Both the position numbers and the translations under genes were made by a program. 64,000 bases of DNA. Source: a virus (Duplodnaviria > Caudoviricetes). The DNA is taken from the IMG/VR virus record IMGVR_UViG_3300028833_000075, positions 32,001-96,000 of that record; one strand, given 5' to 3'. The notes under the pieces were generated by a model, which ran no database searches, was not told the DNA's origin, and worked only from the letters and a program-made list of their open reading frames with translations. Positions 27,501 through 40,600 of the stretch are shown here, piece after piece; the stretch's first letter is position 1, and every line of letters begins with the position of its first letter.

Positions 27501-30405
27501 GCTTCGCAAGCTCTTCAAGGTTCTCCATCGACTTTGTATAGAGCCGCTGTTCGTCTCCCTGGACGAAGCTTGAATCCTGCCATTTATTTTCTTTGAGAAT
27601 TTCTCCAAGAGTGTCTGTTAGCAAAGCATCTTCCTCTTTAATTCTGGCTTGTGCTTCTTTTAAAGCCGGAAGACATTCACCGTATACTTTATCAGATAAT
27701 TCTGCAAACTTTCTTGTCAGTTCGTTGATGCCATTAAGATCGCTTTCTGTATCAGGAATAAAACTATTTAATACTTGATACATCTTATCGTTTAAATATA
27801 TTTTTGAAGCATATCCCTGAACACGAAAGTAATGTGAAGATAACGGTTCGTTTTGACATACAATACGTACGTGGCGTGTTTTTGCAGGCGTCTGAACTAC
27901 TCCTGCGCCGCCAACAGCTTGAGAAGAAATAAATCTGGAGTTAATGTCATAAAATACACACAAACTGTTATTTGGTAAAGAATACTCATATGGAGTTGAT
28001 TCATACACAATAAGATTGCTGCTGCGGACCATAGAAGACGAATCGATTTCGACGCCATTAAACGGATCGACTGAACCGTTTGTAAAACCTCGGAGTTCAT
28101 TCTCGGCTGGATATGTTACAGCATCGAATGGATATACGGAAGCCGTGACGATGTTTGCCACGTTATCTCCGTTTTGATATACGTATCCTGTTGTGCTTTC
28201 GAGTTTCAATGTATTGGTTGCACGATCTGTTGTAAACGTCCAGTAAAACGCAAACTCATTCGGTATTGCGTAGTTGCCTGCATTTAAGTTCGCAGAACTT
28301 ACATAATGTTCATAAAGCCCTTTGTATAGCATATCCCGTCTGCGGCAATAATAGAAAACTTTTGTAAACATGGCCGCAAGCCGTTGTTCAACAACAGATT
28401 CATATTTTACCCATTTTCCAGACTCTCTGTGATGAAGTGTTCTGTATTTTGTATTGTAAAAATACTGACCATTGGAAGCATTGTTCGGAGCCTCGTTAGC
28501 AACATATGCAATTTGCCATGTTCTGTCTCCTCTGGCACCCCAACAGAAATATAATGTGCCGGGTTCGTAAAGCGTTTCCGAATACTTGTAATACCATCCA
28601 TAACTGGAATGGATCGCAGTTGTATCGGGCTGGAGTTCTGTTGTGGAACCGAAATAAACAGGATGCTTTTCAGTCACCTCTGTTGTTTGTGTTTCAAGGT
28701 TTTCGAGAACTGCTTCATCTTCAACCTGTTTAGCACCAAGCATACCGGACATACTGTTTGTACAGAAAAGATACACCCTGTCTGTATTGGTGTATCCCCA
28801 TCCTTCAGCGTTTATACGAATTGCAGAAGGATAGTCATCTTGTATATTGTAAGAATAATACGTTGGCTCTCCATCCAGTCCGACATACAATGTGTTGTTT
28901 GAGTCGTATATTCCCGTTACGTATGCTTTATCCCATGTTCCGTCCTGATGGACTACGTAAATAACACTTCCGATTCCATCGAAAGGATCTCCATTTGTTT
29001 TAAACTTTTTTGCTACATGCCATTGAAAATAATCCTTCTCAGCCGAATCGTAATCAGATCTGTATATAATACCGTCTGGTGTCTCTGGCGTATTGTTCAG
29101 GTATATCTTAGTGTATCCATTATCTGTACCGTATCGAAGTACGTTAAGTTTGGCGAACCCGGTATTGGATTCTCCGACTTGGCTTAATTCCCATTCGTAT
29201 GCCGCAAGATCACTTGCTGCCTTTTCGCTGATGTCGTAATACACGGACATAGATCGCTGGAATTTAGCGACTTCTTGAAACATATCGTCGGTTAACAAGC
29301 CTACTTCATTGTAATAATTGAAGTCCATCAAATAAGGGAATTTATTGACAACAGATTTCTTTGTCCCGCTGATATGAGAGAACGAACCATCTGGTTCTTT
29401 AACAACTTTATAAGCCTTTTGAGTGTTGTCATTCCAAACATAACTCCGACTTGCAAAATCAAGTTTAGACCATATTAATTTCTGACCTGCTATAAGAGTT
29501 TCTGTAGGAGAAAAATAGTAATAAGCGCCTGTATCATCCTGAAATTCCAGCCATGATCCGGCAGGGGAGGCAGGAGCGGTAAATTCGTACTCGTCATGCT
29601 CGCACGTTTGGATACTGCAATAACCTGTGACTTCGCTTCCGTAAGCACCGTAGCAGTATAAACGGGTAATCATATTCTCCGTGTTGACTGTTTTCTCGAA
29701 GTTCTTGATATTCCTGTCGTAATGAAGTTCTATAACATTGCGGCCGTCCATAACTTCCTGAGGAACTGTACCCGCATCTGTCTTTGAGAACGGATTCATG
29801 CTGACGATGTCAATGGTTCTGTTCCCGCCGTGATATACAGGCGATGCTTCAAATAATTCACAAAGCTGCTGAATCAGACTGAGAGCTCCGGCCCCGGCAG
29901 ATGAAGACATGCTTCGCTTCTTAATGCTTCCATCTTCTTCAGTGAAAACCTCTACATATCCTCGTGTCCATCCGGTTCCTTCCAGAATAGTGTCGAGTAA
30001 AGCGTCTGCTGTTCCAACGTTGTTTCCTTCTTCATCGGAGAATTCAAGATCGATAGCTTTGTTTTTTAAGTTAGATGAAATATGGGGGGCACGAACATCA
30101 ACATCTTCCGAGAAATGATTGTGGACAATCCTCGGCTCGGATATGATGAAATAATCCACCTCGTCATCATCGATTGTCCGCAGGCGGTATTCCGCCTTTA
30201 AGAACGAAAGCCTGTAGTTTTTTTCGATGCCTTCCCCCGTATTGTAAACAGAAGGTACGCTAAAAGTGAGCTCCTTATTTCCGTTCCGTTCTGTAATAAC
30301 AAATACATCGTGCGCACATCCGGATACTTTATTATGATTGTCGTACAGATTGCATAATACGGTATTTGAATAGTCGCATATGTCTAACCGTAAAATTCGC
30401 TTCAC
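24592..30405 (-). CDS. Tail tip/Tal-type minor structural protein (baseplate hub plus spike)
   Basis: 1937 aa directly after Dit; N-terminal LTFSVP..ILEGTGW..ITRLY pattern and GLTADVITTGYMSADRI beta-repeat region. Confidence 0.8.
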   Translation of the reverse strand: MKRILRLDICDYSNTVLCNLYDNHNKVSGCAHDVFVITERNGNKELTFSVPSVYNTGEGIEKNYRLSFLKAEYRLRTIDDDEVDYFIISEPRIVHNHFSEDVDVRAPHISSNLKNKAIDLEFSDEEGNNVGTADALLDTILEGTGWTRGYVEVFTEEDGSIKKRSMSSSAGAGALSLIQQLCELFEASPVYHGGNRTIDIVSMNPFSKTDAGTVPQEVMDGRNVIELHYDRNIKNFEKTVNTENMITRLYCYGAYGSEVTGYCSIQTCEHDEYEFTAPASPAGSWLEFQDDTGAYYYFSPTETLIAGQKLIWSKLDFASRSYVWNDNTQKAYKVVKEPDGSFSHISGTKKSVVNKFPYLMDFNYYNEVGLLTDDMFQEVAKFQRSMSVYYDISEKAASDLAAYEWELSQVGESNTGFAKLNVLRYGTDNGYTKIYLNNTPETPDGIIYRSDYDSAEKDYFQWHVAKKFKTNGDPFDGIGSVIYVVHQDGTWDKAYVTGIYDSNNTLYVGLDGEPTYYSYNIQDDYPSAIRINAEGWGYTNTDRVYLFCTNSMSGMLGAKQVEDEAVLENLETQTTEVTEKHPVYFGSTTELQPDTTAIHSSYGWYYKYSETLYEPGTLYFCWGARGDRTWQIAYVANEAPNNASNGQYFYNTKYRTLHHRESGKWVKYESVVEQRLAAMFTKVFYYCRRRDMLYKGLYEHYVSSANLNAGNYAIPNEFAFYWTFTTDRATNTLKLESTTGYVYQNGDNVANIVTASVYPFDAVTYPAENELRGFTNGSVDPFNGVEIDSSSMVRSSNLIVYESTPYEYSLPNNSLCVFYDINSRFISSQAVGGAGVVQTPAKTRHVRIVCQNEPLSSHYFRVQGYASKIYLNDKMYQVLNSFIPDTESDLNGINELTRKFAELSDKVYGECLPALKEAQARIKEEDALLTDTLGEILKENKWQDSSFVQGDEQRLYTKSMENLEELAKPEITYTFDFLDLYGSNHDIHYYENNDVEWPDIKITDAAHLVDPELKESVWAYIDRINKCYDQEWRTTLDINTKLSLVGQHEFTDVLTRIAEVAKDIKGKQNIYDRAAMLNSGSIPSDKLEGTIQLNQTVLKGGASNYYTDPNGNIIFESADGLSAMILGGRGLGISNQKTEDGDWLYRSALTGTGLTADVITTGYMSADRIEAGSITTDKLSSNVGQELEISSNKALLLYATVNGSRPAGTVKTTDAIIEIKAGNETDKAQVNVISGGELNMTGGDINISSQGKLDLQSSGEFHLRSNGADNINSTADGLYMGSDGVNFGGGKFKVVFSGNSSAVIAKSQSIFFGDLTYINNGQTYNYPIESVLSGAALKVDSINGNVDLLANNTINIGAGKTLTLLSGGNVLIGNSGSPFTIGSNGTVAYIYNGKTTLSDTTHNGAYYGTDGLIVGKVGGNYVKATADGTVDITGTIHTGDGDIAGWAISSATLKGNKTGLAKTNSDTAIAIWAGTTDPDATNTPFYVRQDGYVKMSNLNVSGGTINVNNNFIVASDGSATINKGSITIGSNFSVSPTGVLKATSGEFSGKITAEEGTIGDWNIRTGKLDSSSGTTYVALDSSTTLYPKSGTTTPVDTMYAFWCGANAPNSAPFSVTKDGVVTISQLRVNIGTAVSPNYQVVDMNKWFSSDDPEDFDVTVAMGKLKFQTVKSIKVDSVTGKVTINLTTSGGGTRGVSFDSAVSLSGAWDGTTYSISAITGTIKGTIPTTSIYQDIVGTPNPSKTIYANIYHDSPSSENLINTTEMTLKENVSSKTVTLSSNTFVKGSISTAATYNAGHTEGYNDGYGDASGRVSLKTNAYSIDYDETYRLTVPVRGYDGSTLVNSTRTIVFSGPPAVADVTVSSIARSGDTITATLSNGNTGTLTLESHTNCASGLTRYNNGNQIALYYTDSSGRYVSAGNRYWYYRSSAQSLHTYYT

Positions 30406-30420
30406 CTTTAGTCACCACCT

Positions 30421-31503
30421 TTATGCGAATGTCGGTTTGAAATAGAATGACAGTTTATCTAAACTGATAGATGTAACGGGAACCACTTCGAGTTGATTCA
30501 TACTCATAATTGTGGTTCTGAAAGGTTTCGTAATTGCGCTGATGCCGTCTACTGTTAACGTATGAATATCCGGCTGATCCGTGATTTTACGCCAGCCGTT
30601 AACATAAATATATTTGTCGATATAATCTTCTTCCAGTTTATTTGATACGGTAATATTGTTTCCGCTGTTACCTGTGACATAGATTTTTCTATTGGCAGGA
30701 TAGTCAGGAGCAAGTTCAATAAAACCATAATCGTGATAAAGGAACGCAAGAGAAGCATCACTGCCGTCTTCAAGGGATAATATTGTTTTGCCGCTGATGC
30801 CATCCACGGTAACGACTTTATTTACGTTTGTCGTTTTTGCTTTCGACATAGCAACAAGTTTCATTTCTTGATCGGTTGTTTTGTTTCTGATGATAACACC
30901 TGCTCCGACATCTCCGGCAGCGATAACAGTTAAAGCTGCCCTTTCCGTTCCAGGGTTGCCAAGCGTAAACGAAAATGTATTAGGTTTAGTAAGATTGATA
31001 TTCGTGAACGCTTGATCAGGAGCCATGCCGTCAGTGTCGTACAGGGCTGAGTTTTCCATTATGTTTTCGTGATTCGGTGTTAACCGAAGGCTATACAAAT
31101 CATCACATCTTGCAAAAGGGTAATATGCTTTCATTGTTATTTTGATAATTCCGTTCAGATAGTTGGATAATTCGTGATCATCGTATTCGGTTACGGTTGC
31201 ATAATAATAACACCATGGCCGCCGCTTAAATATCAGTTTTCCGGATTTTCCAACTTTAAACAGATGTTGAATTTTTGTAAATAAGCCTTTGTCAATTACA
31301 GTTTCTTCGAAAAAACACCGCAAGATAAACTGTTTAGGATCTCTGGATGCTCCGTAAAAATATCCACCGTTATGTCCGTCGAACGTCTCTTCGTAAACTT
31401 TTGTAGTTGCAGAACCGTATACATATGTATCTTCCAGTTCAGGAGCATACTCAAGGCCGACGTCCTGAATGTCTACGCCGCAAAAAGAAAACCCACCTTT
31501 CAC
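30421..31503 (-). CDS. Distal tail protein (Dit)
   Basis: 360 aa immediately after the TMP; GFSFCG start, GKLIF..PWCYY..MKAYYPFA motifs; synteny. Confidence 0.8.
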   Translation of the reverse strand: MKGGFSFCGVDIQDVGLEYAPELEDTYVYGSATTKVYEETFDGHNGGYFYGASRDPKQFILRCFFEETVIDKGLFTKIQHLFKVGKSGKLIFKRRPWCYYYATVTEYDDHELSNYLNGIIKITMKAYYPFARCDDLYSLRLTPNHENIMENSALYDTDGMAPDQAFTNINLTKPNTFSFTLGNPGTERAALTVIAAGDVGAGVIIRNKTTDQEMKLVAMSKAKTTNVNKVVTVDGISGKTILSLEDGSDASLAFLYHDYGFIELAPDYPANRKIYVTGNSGNNITVSNKLEEDYIDKYIYVNGWRKITDQPDIHTLTVDGISAITKPFRTTIMSMNQLEVVPVTSISLDKLSFYFKPTFA

Positions 31504-31530
31504 GTTAACACCTCCTTTTCTTTTAAAAAT

Positions 31531-31563
31531 AAGGGAGAAGAGGCGTTAAACCTCTTCTCCCTT
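31531..31563 (-). terminator. Intrinsic terminator after TMP
   Basis: AAGGGAGAAGAGG/CCTCTTCTCCCTT stem followed by ATTTTT on the minus strand. Confidence 0.6.
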
Positions 31564-31633
31564 CCCCTTATATGCGTTTTCGAATGGTTCCATTTTAAAC
31601 AGAATTAAAAGGAATGATAACCATTTAAAAACC

Positions 31634-34600
31634 TTACATCGTATAAGCGGCAAGGTTAAAGCCGTTCTTTGAAAGCTGCTTAGTAAATGCTTTTCCGACC
31701 TTTTGTGCAATAACATCGTAATCGGCGTCATTTTCCAATTTGGCTTCATAAAGATTGACATTAACATCGCCGATTGAAATCATAGGCTCATTACTGCCAA
31801 GAGGAATCTGATCAAACGTGGTTAAAGGCATCGTCCGAATATAATTAAAGGAGTCAAGCATTAACCGAAGAGATTCCGTATCGTAGGAATTAAGGAATGC
31901 TTCCGGTTTTTGCTTTGTGCCGTCGACCCACGCAGGACCAGTGTAATCAACATAGCCACCTTCTTTGAAGATTTTTGTAGCCCAAGTAGGCTTTGTGCTA
32001 TAGTAAGACCCTCCTGAAGAATAATGCTTTCCGAGAGAGCTGCTTGCTTTCGCTTTTGCTTCATTAGGGGAGCTGGCTTTAATAACGTAGTTTGTACGGA
32101 ATCCTCTGTCGTCATAAACTTCGTAATATTTACTCTGATCTGTTGACGTGTTCGAAGAACTACCGCCGCCTCCTCCGCCACCTCCGGCGTTAATGATAAT
32201 CTGAGGTATTTTATATTCTTCATTTTTTGCAAGTTGTTTCTGGTAAGAATCATACAAAGAAGCATAGCTTCCGGTAACAGAACTGTACTGATCGTTTGGA
32301 TCGTAGTTAACAGCATCCGGATCGATCGATTTATCTCTGAAATACATATAATCCAGACTGCTGGAATACATACCGAGAGAATAAGATCTGTCCGCAATCC
32401 TGACATCATAAGTATAATCTTTCAACTGGTCAATCGCGTCAACGACTTCGTGATTGTGATCAAAGGAAGCGTTATCAATGGTTGACTTAGTGTAATTGTC
32501 ATACATCTCGCTCCATTGATTTTCAAGCAGCCACCGGTCTGTTTCGGAACCATTGAGATATTGCTGACTTTGCTTCATATATTCAAGGAATGTATCCTTG
32601 GAAGCCATCGTCACATCAATTTCTTCCCAATATGTATCGGTAAGACCTTTCATCTTCTTCCACGTATCTTCCCAGCCTTGCTCCATTTGAAGTCTTGTTT
32701 CATCTGTGGCATTCTTGTAGTTCTCATCGTGCTCACGCATATAGTTTACGTAATCTTCGAACGAACCGTTCATAATCACATCCATTTCATCTTTGAAATT
32801 ACGTGCGTCTTCAAGCATCTCTCCGAGGTTTTCTTCGTAGATTGCCGTATAGTCGCTATATGCGTTAATCTGATCGTCGATCGCCTGCGTTGCCATTTCG
32901 GCTTCCTTTGTTGCAATGTCCCAAGACAGTTCTTTCTGAAGATCGGTAATCTGTTTACGCAGTTCCTTTGCTTCTTTAGTCCTGGTTGGGTCAGCAGAAA
33001 TTAAGCCAAGCTGGCGCTGAAGTTCTGCAAGACGTTCGTATTTTTCTTCTTGATCTGCGGCGTTCTTTCTTGCGTTGAGCCGTTCGTTAATCAGGTTCTT
33101 TTCTTCGTTAAGCGCTTGTTTCTTTCTTTCAATATCTTTCTTAATCAGATTCCATTCGTCTGTGTATCTTTTTCTGATCTGAGCAAGTATAGAATCTTGA
33201 ATATTAACAGTTCCTGCGAGCATTTCACGTTGTAAACGAATCCGGTCTTTAATTTCTTTATCGACGGTCTGTTCAAGAGTCTGTTGAATTTTATGAATTT
33301 GTTCAACATTCTTCTTAATAGACTCTGTGTTTTTATCAATTGTTTGATTCGTGGATTCCAGCTGCTCTTCCATCTTCATAATCTCGGAAGTGATCTTCTT
33401 GTAGTTTTCGCTTCCGGGCTTAGTGACCTCTTGTTGTTCTTTCAGTAAAGCAATCTGTTCACGAATAAGATCGGCCCGCTTTTCCTGCTCTTCATTTTCT
33501 CTTGTCAGCATTGTATTCTGATTCGTCAGTTCGCCGTTGTTTTGGTAACGGGTTTCCTCGAACTGAATCATCTTAATATTATGCTGAGCAACCTCATCTC
33601 TTTCGTTAAATCTTTCTATAATATGTTCCAGCTGATCCTGTTCAAGCTGCCGGACAAGATTCTCGTATGCTCCTTCCGTGGAGTTAATGGTTTCTCTGAG
33701 TTCGAAGATCTGCTTGTTTAAATCTTTCCATTGAGTTCCGCCTTCTTCGAGAGCGCCGCCGTTCAGTAGTTCCTCCATATCGGCAAGTTTTCTCCGGGAG
33801 AGATCCAGACTTTCGTTTGTCAGATTCATTTCTTCACGGATCATATTTTGATAGTTAGCAAAATCGTTATCGTTGTCATATCTTTCGGCGGTTGTTTTCG
33901 CCATATTAATCTGATGTGCAATAGCGTCTTCTGCCTGAGCGTAGCTGTTCACGAGCTCTGTAATATAGGACTCCTGAATAGCTTCGTTGTTCTCTTGAAC
34001 GGAAGACGTAGCTGTTGCAATAGCTTCTTCGTATTCAAAGACAGCGTCTCTTGCGTTATACCACGCCTGAGAGCCTTCTTCCAGTGTAGCCATCTGAGCC
34101 TGCAGCTCTGCAATTGCCGTCTGATACATGGCAACGTTCAGCTGATAGTAATCATTATTCTGAGCTAAAGTACTACGATATGCTCCGAACTGTTCATTCC
34201 TCTGATACATGCCACCCCAGGTAGACAACATGTTTTGTTCATGTGTTACTGGAGCCATAGCATTCTGAAGATCCGTAGCGATCTGAGAAACAATTGCTTC
34301 ATTTAAAGCGTGGGTATCTTCAAGAACTTTGTTTTCAAGTTCTGCATTTTGTTCTTTAATCTCCCAGATCTTATCGCGGACGTTCATCCAGTTCTGAGAA
34401 CCTTCTTCATATTCCTTGATAAGATCTTCCCATTCTGCCATCTGAGCATTATTCATTGCAATATCGGTACGATAGTTGGCAATCTGTTGCCTTGTTACAA
34501 CAGCGTAACTCTCAAACTGGCCGCGATCCATGTAGTTCTGAGCTTTTAACTGAAGCATAGATGTCGCATGAGAAAGCGGTTTATCCTCGTATCCTTGTTT

Positions 34601-37600
34601 TGTTTCTGTAATATTAATCTTTTTACCGTTGATTTCATCAATAGTATCGGTAATGCCTGCCATTGCTTCGCGGGTAGAATCAATTGATTCCTGAAGCTTA
34701 TACCAGTCTTCCGAACCTTCCTTAACGGTTTCTTTCATCTTTTCCATCTCAGCCATATTAGCTTCGTATTGACTATATAATGCTTGCTGAGCATTCATTT
34801 CATCGTTTAAAGAATTAATATAGCTTTGATAATCATTCATGCGCTCATAATGCGTTTCCGCTTTTTGAGACATGTTCACGAAATGCTCACGGCGTTTAAC
34901 GTAATGTTGCTGACCTTCAAGGAGCGCATCGACTTTGGACTTGCCGCCGCCTCCGCCTCCTCCGCCTTTATAGCCGCCTCCGGCAGAACGGATATTACTG
35001 CTTGCAATGCGAACACTATTTCCGTTTCCGAAAGCTCCGAACGTAACAGAACCTTCCGTTCCGGCTAACGAAGCAATAATTGCATTAATAACACGTTTAG
35101 CTTCACCTGTTGCTTCTGCGGCAACAGCTTCAAGCTGACCGATGTCATACGTTCCGTTAATATTGAAGTGAGGGCCGAAGTCTTCAATCGGAATGTCCCC
35201 GACTTCGCTTTCGATACTTTCGATAACGGCATTTACATCATTGATAATCGCCTGTTGGTCAGCTTCGAATTCCAAATCAAGTTGAGCTTTCGCTTTAAGC
35301 GGATTAGCTTTAACCTGTTCTTCGGTCCAGCCAAGGTATTCAGCAAGGCTCTTATTACTTACTTTGCTTGTACCATAGTTTTCTTTGAAATATGTAGCTT
35401 TAGCGAATGCATCTCTGTTTGCAGCCATCTGCTTTTGCGCTTCAAGCTGATCTTTTGTAGATCCTCTGAGCTGTTTGAAGCGGCTGATTACCTCATCTGT
35501 TTCTTTTTTATACGGACGGAATGCTTTATTTTTTAGTTCGATAAGTCCATCTTTGAAATCTTTATCCGCTAAAATAGCATTTTCAACTGAACCGTAATAT
35601 GTTTCAACGGCTTCAGCTGCTTTATTAAACAGATCTCCGGGTTCAAGATTAGCTAAATCTTCCATTTTAAGGCCGTACTCTTCCAGAGCCATAGATGCAG
35701 CGAGCCACATATCTGCACCTTCGATACCTTGAGTATAATCTTTGTATGCACCAATAGTATCGTCTTTATAAAATCCTCTTAAATTCCTGTCTTGACTATT
35801 AAGTATTTCATCGAGCTTCTCATAACGGTCGTAATCAGTAAGACCAATGCCGCCGTTTTCAAGATTCTGCATAATAATTTTAGCATATTCTTTATCTTGA
35901 TCTGTCAACTCAGACGCCCAATCAAAAACACCTGGATTTTGAGGTACGACACCTTCGTGCTGTAGTGCATATTGATTTTGTTCTGCAAAAGTTAATCGTT
36001 GAAATGCGTTATATTCTTCTAATTGTTCGTCGTATCTTACTCTGGCGTTTCGAACGGCTTGGGCTAATTGTTGGTTCCCGGTAACCTGGCTAAGAGCTTC
36101 AAAGCCTTTTTCTTCGATTCCTTCTCCTTTAAGATATTCTTGCGCTCTATCGTATGATTCTCCTGTTGTAAGAACTTCCTGTATCTTTTTATATGCTTCA
36201 GAAGCATTTGCAACGGATTCTGCAAGAATTCTAAATTGAGCATCTAACTGTTCTCCTGATGCAGTAACACCAGAAAAATCAAGCTTTCCGTTTTCACCAA
36301 TAGCTACACCAAGGTCTTCAAACACTTTGCGAACATCATCTGACGACTCAAGCAAATTCTTCCAGTCATCAGCGTTTCCTTGTCCAAGAACATCCATAAG
36401 CTTTCGAACATTATCAACCTTTTGCCCATCAAGTTGAGCAAACAGATTATTAGCTGCAATACCAGCCTTATTGTTTTGCTCATATCTCACGTTAGCGTAA
36501 TTTAACGCTCCGGCAAAAGATGTTGCTCCAAGCTTAGCTCTATTAAGCCGTTCTTGTTCTTCTGCGTCTATCTCTGCTTGTCTGGCTTCTGCTTCAGCAA
36601 GGGTTTTGTATTCTGCTGCGGAAGCTCTGACTGCTGCATCTGTTGAATTTAATCTGTTTTGATATTCTTTTCCGTAGAACCCAAGAGATTCATATGCAGC
36701 GTTGTAGAGTTCTTTGTCGAAGTTAGCTCCACCTTCAAGAACAGAAGCGTCTCCTCTGATTAATTTTCTGGCATAAGATGCTTTTTGTAAATCAGTATAG
36801 CCAAGTTTTTGTCCTGTAGCAGGATTAATCCAGTCTTGATCTGGGACGCCGATGTCTGTCCATTGGCGTAAATTTAATCCGAAGCCAAGGTTTCTCGCAA
36901 TCTTTTGGATACGATTTCTATCACTCCAATTAGCATTAGTGTATTGAGTCCATAATTGTTCGCCAAGAGCTTTTCTTTGCTGATCGGCCATATTCTCGGC
37001 AAGTTCCATATTGGCTTCGTAGTTGGAATAGAATTGCGTTGAATCCATTCCGAGGATAGACATTGCGGCTTCGTCTTTCTCCGCTTGTGTAGATCCGTTT
37101 TTAAACTGAGAGTATTGTTGCTTAGTGGCAAAAGCATTGTTTTGAATATTAAGTATTTCGTCGAGAGCGATCTTTCCGCCTTTACGAAGCTTCTCAACTG
37201 AAGCGGCTGTGCCTGCCAGTAAATCTCCTGTTTCTTCGAGAGCCTTAAGTCCTTCAACTTCGATAGAGATTTCAAGATTGTTCTTATAATTATTAAACTG
37301 CTGCAATAAAGTCGAAAGCAGCTCTTCTTGGTCTGATGTAAGAGGTTCTTCTGAAGTTAATAAAGCGAGAAGTTCAGGAGCTCCGGAAAATCCTTCAAGA
37401 TATTTTTTTGCAGATTCTTTTGAATATCCAACTAATTTGTTATCTTGAATGTATCCGCTAAGTTCTTTTATACCGGCTAACTTATCACGATTTGTTAATC
37501 CATTAATACCGTTGCCGTAATTTGTAATTAATCGATTAATTAGCGATTCGTCTCCGTTTTCATATCTTCCAATTTTATCTAACAATTCATTTCCGATAAT

Positions 37601-40600
37601 TGGTTGAAGTGCAGTTCTTTCTTCTTGCGTTAATACAGGTCTATCAGTTTTTTCAACAGCTTCATTATATTGACTCTGAATTTTATCACGTTGTTCAGTA
37701 GCCTCTGTTTGTTTTGTCTCTGCAACATTTCTGGTGCGTAAAATTCCTTCATTGTCTTTGTAAACCTCAGTCTTGTCTGCAGGTATGTTTTGAGCTTGAC
37801 GAACGGCTTCTTCGGCGTCTTCAAGTTCTTTCTTTAATTGATTAACACCTGCGGCTTCATATGCCTTTTCCTTTTCAGCTTCAGAATGATACGCGCCTTG
37901 ATTTAATTTTGTTAAAGCTGATCTTGCAATATTAGCTTGCGTTTTTTGTTCAACGTATCCGGTATTATTATATAATCCGGATCTATTAAGAACTCTTCTT
38001 AATTGCGCTATACCATCAGGAGCGTTAAAAGTTCCTGTTTCTTCATCGTATGTACCTACAATTGAATTAAAAACTTCCTGAAAATCAGGATTGTTCATAG
38101 CTAAAGATTGCAAAGCCGTATATGCTTCACTGTTTGTGTTGGCAAAATTCATAAAATCAGTAATATTATCATAATTATCAAGTTGAGATATAATGAAATC
38201 AGCGCTAACAGCAGCTTCATTTTTCTCTTCCCATCCTTTTGGCTGAGAATAAAATTGATTTAATCCTAAGATTCTATTGGGTACAAGCTCATAATCATTT
38301 TTTATTTTTTCTGCTTCTTGGTTAATCTCATCTGCTGCGTCTTTAATGATCTTACCTCCGGCATCAATATAATTTGAAATTGCTAACGTAAGATCTTCAG
38401 GGGCTGCATTTTGAATTTTTTCAAAATTCGGATCGTTCACATCAAATATTTCACTATAATCTACACCTCGAGAAAGATAATCATTAATGACGTCGGTTGC
38501 CATTTTGTTATATCTGCTTTTGTATTCAGCTTGAGCTTGCTCGGGTGTGATACGTTCACCGTTTTTATTATAGTATGATCCACGAGACACCTGATCTAAC
38601 CTGGCTAAACCTTGAGTTTCTGCGCCCTCTAAGTAATCGTTTTCAACTTGCGCCACAAATGAATCGTAATTAAACCCATCAGCTAAACCATAGTGACGAA
38701 CCACGAATTCATCAAGCGTTTCATTTTCTCCTCGTAAAGAGTCTAAATACGATCCAGACATTTTTATTTTATTTGTAACTTCTTCGGGTAAGAGACCTTC
38801 GGTAGATGCTGCAATAATATCACCAATAATAGAACCAGTATCTGCAACATAATGTGCCTCTCCGGGTAAATCACCTTGTTGCGTCGAAAGCCAAGTACCA
38901 TATGCTTGTGATAAAACTCCCAGGTTATATAAAGATATGCTGTTAAGTAATTCCTCATCTTTTGGATCGGACACACCCAAATAGTGGCTTCTGTCATTAT
39001 CAAAATCAATATAATTTCGGTAATAAGTACGAATACCACTTAAAGCATTTTCCATTTCCTCTGTAAATTGTCCGGCATCTTTATATGTTGTTTCAAGATA
39101 ATCTAAAAATCCATCTTCCCAAGTAGTATTTCCATAATAAGAGAACATTTCTCCTAAGTTTATTACTTTATCTCTTTTTGAGCCTTCTCCATTAAAGACA
39201 TCAAGAAAAGTACTTTTAACTTCACCGTTTTCAATGCGGAAATAATTTTGCAATTCTGGAGTTATCTCTTCGTTTCCGTTTTCATTGGTTTCATATAAAA
39301 CAAGAGTGCGTGCAGATTTCTCTGTTTTAGTCGTAAGCTCATCGTTTAACGTTCCGCTTACAAGGTTATCTTTTATGGCTTTCGCTTTTATCTCTTTTTC
39401 TTTTTGCTCTTCTCTGTCTTTAAGATCTTGATAATATTTATCGAGATTATCAGATGAGGTTGTCGATATTTCGCCTAAAAGAGCAATACTGCTTGAAAGA
39501 TCTTTTAATCCGCCGCTGGAATCAGAAATAGATTGTTGAAGCTCATCACTTATTCCGACGTCGACCGCGAAAGATTTTAGGATCTTTCTATATTCATTTA
39601 TCTCATCCTCAGTTTTTGAATTACCCTTTTCGTACAAGACTTTAGCTCTGTCTAAACTGCTTTGTTTGCTGTTTTTACTAAATTCTTTGGCTGTATCTTC
39701 GGTTACTTTTGCATATGTTTTCTTTTCAGATGCAAAAGAAGATGAAGATGAAGGAGATTGAACATTTTGTAAATAAGCTCCTGCTGCAGCTCCAGTCGCA
39801 GCGCCGACAAGAGCGCCAACCCATCCGAATTGTGCACCTTTAATCGCGCCAATTAATCCTAGAATAACCGGGGCTAATAGTTTCATCTGAGACAACCATC
39901 CGACAATCTGACCAAGTCCAGTGATTATATTCGCAATACTTTCAGCAAGAACTTCAAATTGGCCGGTGTCGACCATTTTGTTGACCATTTCATCCCAAGC
40001 TGTACGAACTGTATCGATAGACGCCTGAAGACTATGCATCCGAATTTCATTCTTTTCATCAACAATACCTTCGGATTTTCCAGACAGTTGCATATACTCG
40101 TCGACTTTTCCTTCAGACATTCCCATCATAATCGCTGAGAAGTTTGAATACTGACGAGTGCCTGCAATTGCATTTGCAATTTGTTGCTGCTCGGCATCTG
40201 TCATGCCTTCCCATTTTTGAGACAATGCGTACAATGTGTCGTATGTGGATTTTTTATTACCTTGCTGATCATACATTTCGATGCCTTGTTGCTTAAGTAA
40301 TTTAGCAACAGCAGAGCCCGAAACAGCATTACCATTTTCGTCATAAATAAGTTCGTTTGTACCGATCTTATTCATGCGACCGATAATAGTATTTAATGTA
40401 CGACCTGCAGTATTACCGCCGATCTGGGTTGTAGAAGTAATAGCAGTAAGCATTGAAGCAAGTTCTGCAAAAGTGGTTCCATCTGCAGCCGCTGCAGCAC
40501 CAGCCTTTTCGATACCTTTTTCAATTTCTGATGCATTGGTAGCAGCGCTATCGCCTAAAGAAGTAACAATATCTGCTGCTTGACTTGGATCGGTTACCAA